Shown: in pieces, positions 58,954-64,000 of the stretch
How positions within the stretch are numbered: position 1 is the stretch's first letter
Layout of the letters: each line of letters opens with the position of its first letter
From: Thermoanaerobaculia bacterium
GTDB lineage: Bacteria > Acidobacteriota > Thermoanaerobaculia > Multivoradales > UBA5704
Direction: 5' to 3'
DNA: 64,000 bases
Assembly: GCA_036399915.1 (NCBI GenBank)
Contig: DASWME010000254.1
Location: 303 to 64,302 of the forward strand
The notes under the pieces: model-generated
The model's input: the letters and a program-made list of their open reading frames with translations, nothing else
Told to the model about the DNA's origin: nothing
The model's database searches: none
Program-made: the position numbers and the translations under genes

Positions 58954-59230
58954 CCGCCCTCGCGGGGCAGAACCGGCCCTCGCCAGGGGCGGACCGGCCC
59001 CCGCGAATTTCGGACGGGCCCTCGCGAATTTCGGACCGGCCCCCGCGGGGGCGCGTCCCGCCCTCGCCAGGGCACGTCGGCCCCCGCCAGGGGGCATTCA
59101 GCCCTCGCCAGGGCGCGTTCGCCCCCGCGAGGGCGCGTTCAGCCCCCGCGAGGGCCGGTCCGCCCCCCGCGAGGGCGAGCCCGCCCCCGCGAGGGCGCAT
59201 TCGCCCCTCGCGAGGGCAAGACGCGCCCCT
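58954..59230. repeat. Tandem array of 13-14 units of ~20.6 bp, each with a GC palindrome core GCCC(C/T)CGC(G/C)AGGGC
   Basis: Core G positions are 58956, 58976, 58997, 59018, 59039, 59060, 59080, 59101, 59121, 59142, 59162, 59183, 59203 and (59224), giving intervals of 20-21 throughout. It fills the gap between convergent stops at 58949 and 59233. Confidence 0.85.
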
Positions 59231-59232
59231 TT

Positions 59233-60153
59233 TCAGGAGAAGGCGGCGGCCCTGGCCGCGACATCCCGGACGGCCGAGGCCAGCGCCTCCGGCGCCTCCT
59301 CCTGAAGGAAGTGACCGGCGGGCGTCCGCGTCACCGGTGCCTGGGGAAAGGCGCGCTCGTGCCGGCGGAGGGCGGGACCGAGGATGGGATCGCTTGTCCC
59401 CCAGACGAGGGCCATGGGACCGCTGAAGGAGCGGACCCACTCCTCCCCCCGACGCAGGGCCGGCACGCTCTCGTGCTCCGGGCCGTTGGGCACCATCCGC
59501 GCCAGGGCGAGGGGAGTCAGCCGGTCCTTCCAGGCGCGCAACGGCCACCGGTAGGCGCGGGCCACCTCGCCGCGGATCGAGCGCTTGTCGCCTTGGATCA
59601 CCCACAGCACGCTCTGCGGGAACCCGAGGCCGCGGAAGACGAAATCGCTCAGGACCGGCACGCGGGCGAACTTGTGGAAGAGCGTCCCCCGTGGATGGCT
59701 CGGCACCAGCACCGCCGTGTTGGCGAGGACGACTCCGGCGATCCGTTCCGGCAGCCGCAGGCCAACCTGAGCGGCGATGGGTCCACCCCAGTCCTGCCCG
59801 ACCAGGATCACCCCGCACAGGTCGAGCCTCTCCACCAGCTCCGTCATGGCCGCTCCATACCGTTCCACGCTGTGGTCCCCGATCCGCGGGAGCCGGTCCG
59901 AGAACCCCAGCCCGAGCAGGTCCGGGGCCACACATCGGAACTCGGGCAGCAGGGCGATCACCTTCCGCCATAGGAAACTCCAGGTAGGGTTGCCGTGGAG
60001 CATCAGCATCGGCCGGACCGCCGGGTCCCCCTGGTCGATGAAGTGGATCCGCCGTCCGGCGTCCGGTCCGGTCTCGAGCTCGTAGCTGCCGCGCTGGAAG
60101 GGCAGGTGCGGTTCCAGGAAATCGGGGAGCGGGGGTGGGGGAAGGAAGGGCAT
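59233..60153 (-). CDS. Alpha/beta hydrolase, haloalkane-dehalogenase-like
   Basis: HGNPTWSFLWRKV and VGQDWGGPIA (nucleophile Asp elbow); C-terminal GHFLQEE. Confidence 0.85.
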   Translation of the reverse strand: MPFLPPPPLPDFLEPHLPFQRGSYELETGPDAGRRIHFIDQGDPAVRPMLMLHGNPTWSFLWRKVIALLPEFRCVAPDLLGLGFSDRLPRIGDHSVERYGAAMTELVERLDLCGVILVGQDWGGPIAAQVGLRLPERIAGVVLANTAVLVPSHPRGTLFHKFARVPVLSDFVFRGLGFPQSVLWVIQGDKRSIRGEVARAYRWPLRAWKDRLTPLALARMVPNGPEHESVPALRRGEEWVRSFSGPMALVWGTSDPILGPALRRHERAFPQAPVTRTPAGHFLQEEAPEALASAVRDVAARAAAFS

Positions 60154-60244
60154 GGACGCGCTCTCCGAATCCTGGTTTCACTGGGACGCGCAAGATCAAA
60201 GACCGATTTTACGTCTTATATGGGGTGGAGAACGTGAAACGCGC

Positions 60245-61168
60245 ATGCCCGAACGGCACGATGGCGGTTACCGGCTGCTCTTCTCGCACCCCCGGATGGT
60301 GGAGGATCTGCTGCGCGGATTCCTTCATCCCGAGGTCCTGGAAAGGATCGGCTCGCTGGAGCGGAGAAGCGAGATCCAGATCAGTGACCGCTTGGAGCGG
60401 CGGGAGCAGGACCTCGTCTGGCGGTTGCGAGGACCCCAGGGAGAGCCAATCCTGTATCTACTGCTGGAGTTTCAGTCGGAGCCTGATTCCCAGATGTCGC
60501 TGCGATTCTCGGTCTATACCGGCCTGCTCCGTCAGGATCTGGTCCGCAGCCGCGAGGTCCCACGTTCGGCGGAGCCCCCTCTGGTTCTCCCTGTCGTGCT
60601 CTACAATGGACTCCAGCGGTGGATCGATCGGCCGGGCGCCTCCTATCGGCTGATCGATATGCTGCGCGATCCGCTCCCGGCCGATCCGGAAAACCTGGTG
60701 GCGCTGCTCTGTGAGCTGGAGCGGAGCCGAACCCCGGAGGAGCTGAGCCGTCCTGTTGAGACTCTGGGCTGGCTCCTGAGGGGATCGGAAATGGCGGATC
60801 TCAGGCGGGCGTTCCACGCGGTTCTGCGGGAGTCGCTGCTTCCTAACAGATTCCCGGAGGCGCGAATCCCCGCGTTGCTCGAACTTGAGGAGATACGACC
60901 GATGCTACGAGAGACTGTAAGGGGATGGACTCAGGAATGGAAGAGGGAGGGGCTGGAGGAGGGGCTGGAGAAGGGTCGCAATGAGGGACGCAGAGAGGGA
61001 CACCGCGAAGGAGAGGCTGCATTGCTGATCCGCCAGCTAGAGTTCAAGTTCGGCTCCCTTCGGCCGGAGGACCGGGCGCGCATCGACATCGCAGATGCGG
61101 AGCGCCTTCTCGCCTGGGGCGAGCGGGTCTTAACGGCCCGGTCGCTGGACGAGGTATTCGCGGACTAG
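60245..61168 (+). CDS. Rpn/YhgA-like PD-(D/E)XK recombination-promoting nuclease (putative transposase family) with DUF4351-like C-terminus
   Basis: HDGGYRLLFSHP...EQDLVWRLR...ILYLLLEFQSEPDSQMSLRFSVY is the nuclease core. C-terminal EGEAALLIRQLEFKFGSL...AERLLAWGERVLTARSLDEVF. Start at ATG 60245. Confidence 0.8.
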   Translation: MPERHDGGYRLLFSHPRMVEDLLRGFLHPEVLERIGSLERRSEIQISDRLERREQDLVWRLRGPQGEPILYLLLEFQSEPDSQMSLRFSVYTGLLRQDLVRSREVPRSAEPPLVLPVVLYNGLQRWIDRPGASYRLIDMLRDPLPADPENLVALLCELERSRTPEELSRPVETLGWLLRGSEMADLRRAFHAVLRESLLPNRFPEARIPALLELEEIRPMLRETVRGWTQEWKREGLEEGLEKGRNEGRREGHREGEAALLIRQLEFKFGSLRPEDRARIDIADAERLLAWGERVLTARSLDEVFAD

Positions 61169-62661
61169 CCTCCCAGTTCCACCAGTCCCCATCGCGGCGG
61201 GCACCAGAAGCGGACGGGCAGCACGGACATCCCGATCCCGGAGTTGATGTAGAGGGTTGTCAGCCCGCGCGCGTTCGGGGCGGCGAACTCGAAGCGGCCC
61301 ATGTCGTAGTAGTTGCCGAGGGAGGTGCGGGTGGTGAGGGGGCCGAAAATGGGGATCCGCACCTGGCCGCCGTGGGTATGGCCGGCGAGCACGGCCGCCA
61401 GGCCCCGCCGCGAAGCCTCGCGCACCACGTCCGGCATGTGGGAGAGGACGACCACGGGCGTGCCCGGCGGCACCTTCGGGCTCCTGGCGAGCGCCAGGGC
61501 GAGGCGCGTCCCCCGCGCTCCTTCACGGAACCCCGGCGGCATCCTCGCCCCGGGCGGCAGGATGAGGGGCTCCTCCAGCAGCACCCTCCCGCCGTGGTCC
61601 ACCACTCGCAGGTTGCGGTAGACCACGGTGCCTCCTCCCGAGGCCCAGAGCCCCACCGTGCCGGACGTGACCCGGGTGGGCGAGCGGTCCTCGGCCTCGG
61701 CCTGCCAGCGCGGCGGTTCCGGCCGGTCCGCGGACCACACCTTCGCCCGCACGAGCAGCCGGTCCGGCAGCACCTCCGTCCGCGCCCGCAGGCGGTACCA
61801 GCGTTCCGGCTCCGGAAAGACGTCGGTGTCATTGCGGCCCCGGAGCCCGGAGCCGTGGGCGAACACCGTGAAGTTGCCCTCGCCCGCCCATCGGGACCCG
61901 TCGCGGCTGAGCTCGATCATCCGGTCCTCGCCCAGGACGTAGCGGCTGTGCATTGAGAAGCCCACCCCCGCATCCTCGTCGTCGATCCAGGCGTCGCAGG
62001 TCACCTCGTAGCCGCTCCAGGCGAGCGGCCCGCCGTCATCGGCGAGCCCGGCGGGCGCGGGATCGTAGTGGCTGTAGAAGTTCCGGTAGGGCTCCCCCCG
62101 GCGGGCGCCGTAGAGGCGGGCCCCGTCCACCTCGACGGGGCGGAATGGGGATGGGTACTTCCAGGCCAGCGAATCGAACCCCACCTGCTGATTGAGGCCG
62201 AGGAGCAGGATGCCGCCGCCGGGACCGATCCGGCGCCCCTCGTTGGACAGCCACTCGAGGCCAGACCGGCCGAGCAGGCCGACCAGATCCCCCTGGTGCT
62301 CGCTGTGCCCCTGGACGGCGTAGACCGGCGCGATCCGCCGCAGGGCGCTCACGAAGGCGGCGAGGGTCGAGGCGTTCCGCTCGTACTCCTCGGGGTCAGG
62401 CGTGTCCTTGATCAGGTCGCCGCTGATGACGGTCGCATCCGGCCGGGCGGCGGCGATCTCGCGCAGCAGGCGGTGGAGCAGCGGCGTGTCGCCGCGGACG
62501 TGGAGGTCCGAGAGGTGCGCCACCCGCGTCCGGGGAGCCGCGAGGCCGATCCGTACGAAGTCCTGGAAGAGGAGGGTGCGCGGCTCGATCCAGCAGGCGT
62601 CCACAAGACCGAGGAGGAGCGCCAGCGCGGCGCCCAGGAGGAGGCGCCGCCTCAATACCAC
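61165..62661 (-). CDS. Membrane-anchored metallophosphoesterase interrupted by a ~230-250-aa beta-rich insert
   Basis: HLSDLHV, VISGDL, AVQGHSEH, then a long insert, then VVLSHMP and AGHTHGGQVRIP. The insert ends with a GTVGLWASGGGTVVYRNLRVV motif. GTG 62661 overlaps the rhomboid 3' end by 10 nt. The upper part of ORF 61165..62994 is an artefact. Confidence 0.75.
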   Translation of the reverse strand: MVLRRRLLLGAALALLLGLVDACWIEPRTLLFQDFVRIGLAAPRTRVAHLSDLHVRGDTPLLHRLLREIAAARPDATVISGDLIKDTPDPEEYERNASTLAAFVSALRRIAPVYAVQGHSEHQGDLVGLLGRSGLEWLSNEGRRIGPGGGILLLGLNQQVGFDSLAWKYPSPFRPVEVDGARLYGARRGEPYRNFYSHYDPAPAGLADDGGPLAWSGYEVTCDAWIDDEDAGVGFSMHSRYVLGEDRMIELSRDGSRWAGEGNFTVFAHGSGLRGRNDTDVFPEPERWYRLRARTEVLPDRLLVRAKVWSADRPEPPRWQAEAEDRSPTRVTSGTVGLWASGGGTVVYRNLRVVDHGGRVLLEEPLILPPGARMPPGFREGARGTRLALALARSPKVPPGTPVVVLSHMPDVVREASRRGLAAVLAGHTHGGQVRIPIFGPLTTRTSLGNYYDMGRFEFAAPNARGLTTLYINSGIGMSVLPVRFWCPPRWGLVELGG

Positions 62662-63362
62662 GCCTCCGGCGCCCGCCGCGGCTTCCGTCCGCCCCCCAGG
62701 AGGAACAGCAGGATCGGCCCCGCGATGAACCCGCCGATGTGCGCGAACCAGGCCACCCCGCCGACGGCCTCCGCCGTGGTGACCCGCAGCGAGGCGACCC
62801 CCGAGAAGAACTGGATCAGGAACCAGAACGGCAGGAAGACCCAGGCCGGCACCAGGACGAGGCGGGCGAAGAAGCCGAGGAAGACCAGGGTCTCGATGCG
62901 GGCCTGCGGGTGGAGGAAGAGGTAGGCCCCGAGCACGCCCGAGATGGCGCCGGAGGCGCCGATCGCCGGCACCGGCGAGCCCGGGTTGGCCCACAGGTGC
63001 GCGAAGGTGGCCGCGTAGCCTGCAAGGAGGTAGAAGACCAGATAGCGGACGTGTCCCAGACGGTCCTCGACGTTGTCGCCAAAGATCCAGAGGAAGAGCA
63101 TGTTGCCCAGGAAGTGCCCCCAGCCGCCGTGCAGGAACATGGAGAGCAGGCCGCTCCCGAGCCCGGTCCCCAGGTCGCCCAGGGTGAGGCCGCCCTCCGA
63201 GATCCGCGCCGGCACGAACGCCGCCGACATCACGAAGGCATTCAGCCGATTGCCCAGTGACAGCTCGAAGAAGAAGAGCAGGGCGTTGGCCACGATCAGC
63301 AGGACCGTGACCACGGGTGTGCCGCCCCGGCGCGCCGTGGTGTGGTCGCGGAGGGGTATCAT
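62652..63362 (-). CDS. Rhomboid-family intramembrane serine protease
   Basis: [31 protein letters not shown] (catalytic Ser) and AHIGGFIAG (His). Confidence 0.9.
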   Translation of the reverse strand: MIPLRDHTTARRGGTPVVTVLLIVANALLFFFELSLGNRLNAFVMSAAFVPARISEGGLTLGDLGTGLGSGLLSMFLHGGWGHFLGNMLFLWIFGDNVEDRLGHVRYLVFYLLAGYAATFAHLWANPGSPVPAIGASGAISGVLGAYLFLHPQARIETLVFLGFFARLVLVPAWVFLPFWFLIQFFSGVASLRVTTAEAVGGVAWFAHIGGFIAGPILLFLLGGGRKPRRAPEAWY

Positions 63363-64000
63363 GGCTTCCTCTCCTCCGAGGACCGGACGCGGTGCACCCG
63401 CATCAGGTTGGTCAGGGGGCGCTCGCGCACGGGGTGCCCCATGAGGATGATGATCCGGTCGCCCGGCTCGACGAGGCGGGCCGCGAGGAGCTGGCGCTCG
63501 ACGACCTGGACGATGTCGTCCAGGCTCCCCACCTGGAACTCCGCCACGAAGGGGCGCACGCCCCAGACGAGTTGGAGCTGGCGGGCGACCCGGCCGTCGG
63601 GAGTGAAGGCCATGATCGGGGAGCGTGGCCGGTAGCGCGCCACCAGCCGGGCGGTGAAGCCGCTCTGGCTGAAGGCCACGATGCGGCGGACCCCGAGCTG
63701 CTCGGCGGCGTAGACGGCCGCCGAGGAGACCATGTCCGGGACCTGGAGCGCCGACTCGCTGTCGATCTGCGGCTCGGACTCCAGGGCGTAGGTGCGCCGG
63801 GCGTGGACCTGGCCGAGGGGCTGGAGCGTGTGCCGGTCGTCGCTGGTGCGGGCGTACTCCTCGGCCTCCTGGATGATCCGCGCCATGGTCTCGACGGTCT
63901 GCACGGGGTACCTGCCGGCCGCCGTCTCGCCGGAGAGCATCAGGGCGTCGGCGCCGTCGAAGACGGCGTTGGCCACGTCGGTGGCCTCGGCCCGGGTGGG
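63359..64000 (-). CDS. pyk: Pyruvate kinase, C-terminal part (N-terminus beyond the right window edge)
   Basis: [32 protein letters not shown] and a C-terminal allosteric domain. The stop overlaps the rhomboid start (ATGA). Confidence 0.9.
   Translation of the reverse strand, partial: PTRAEATDVANAVFDGADALMLSGETAAGRYPVQTVETMARIIQEAEEYARTSDDRHTLQPLGQVHARRTYALESEPQIDSESALQVPDMVSSAAVYAAEQLGVRRIVAFSQSGFTARLVARYRPRSPIMAFTPDGRVARQLQLVWGVRPFVAEFQVGSLDDIVQVVERQLLAARLVEPGDRIIILMGHPVRERPLTNLMRVHRVRSSEERKP

Noticed and set aside
51852-59075. 2407-aa minus-strand ORF, by far the longest in the track
   Set aside because: It is antisense to recX, alaS, the transglycosylase, pgsA and the MMPL transporter, all of which have unmistakable conserved motifs on the + strand. 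Its translation is Arg/Gly/Pro/Ala/Asp/His-rich low-complexity sequence with no recognisable domain. The absence of stops is the expected consequence of very high GC (stop codons are AT-rich).
58954-59230. CRISPR array interpretation of the tandem repeat, and likewise of the 27.7-kb lattice
   Set aside because: The period is only ~20-21 bp, the variable part is 6-7 nt rather than a 26-40 nt unique spacer, and there are no cas genes in the window.
58784-60199. 471-aa minus-strand ORF reading across the hydrolase locus and on through the tandem array. Also the + strand ORF 57629..59305, translating the array as PREG/ARA heptads.
   Set aside because: The recognisable hydrolase is the separate 306-aa ORF 59233..60153, which stops at 59233 before the array; the 471-aa frame is a different, overlapping frame with Arg/Pro/Gly-rich artefact composition. 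The 21-nt period merely keeps all frames open, and no independent start or RBS exists inside the array.

Overview
This is a very GC-rich bacterial chromosomal segment (well above 65% G+C by eye; not computed). It is densely packed with about 60 protein-coding genes, many joined by 1-30 nt start/stop overlaps (ATGA/GTGA). I found no rRNA, tRNA, CRISPR array, integrase or transposase with terminal repeats.

Most ORF-track entries are GC-driven artefacts. They are long Arg/Gly/Pro/Ala-rich frames antisense or out of frame to clearly recognisable genes; the extreme case is a 2407-aa frame antisense to alaS and the MMPL gene.

Gene content, left to right:
- NusG-paralog-led polysaccharide operon (glycosyltransferase, AsnB-like amidotransferase, flippase)
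- HExxH peptidase, NAPE-PLD-like MBL hydrolase and DUF1499 protein
- NRPS-accessory operon (DSD1-like PLP enzyme, MbtH, type II thioesterase, Sfp-type PPTase, aminotransferase), convergent with a redox operon (SDR, Hbd, ferritin-like protein, KynB-like cyclase)
- CBS protein, folE, GWxTD-like lipoprotein
- FabH-like KAS III coupled to a ClpX-like AAA+ protein
- TVP38, yggX, and UDP-sugar genes (epimerase, ugd, UDP-xylose synthase)
- mlaFED-type operon, plsC, apbC, LpxH-like gene, MBL hydrolase, aroA
- 1017-aa sigma-54 activator, GAF protein, a dual-HTH/AT-hook protein
- thiL, lon, hsp20, nrdR, an extended MglA-like GTPase
- CIRCE-hrcA-grpE-dnaK-dnaJ-prmA-rsmE
- ilvE, pilT, recX, alaS, lytic transglycosylase, pgsA, MMPL/RND transporter
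- haloalkane-dehalogenase-like hydrolase, Rpn/YhgA-like nuclease, a split metallophosphoesterase, rhomboid, pyk (partial)

This content is compatible with a diderm, possibly Acidobacteriota-like lineage (inference, low confidence).

The window is mostly housekeeping, and I cannot point to a proven new system. The signals ordinary annotation does not explain are:
1. A phase-locked ~21-bp lattice of GGAC(A/C) cores filling the 481-bp plsC-apbC spacer.
2. An array of 13-14 tandem ~20.6-bp units with a GC palindrome between two convergent genes.
3. A 46-nt hairpin element present three times, twice as a MITE-like inverted pair.
4. A strongly signalled dual-HTH/AT-hook protein.
5. An MglA-like GTPase with a ~140-aa C-terminal extension and no MglB nearby.
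6. A FabH-like gene translationally abutted to a pore-loop-less ClpX-like ATPase.
7. An MbtH/TEII/PPTase set with no megasynthase within 64 kb.
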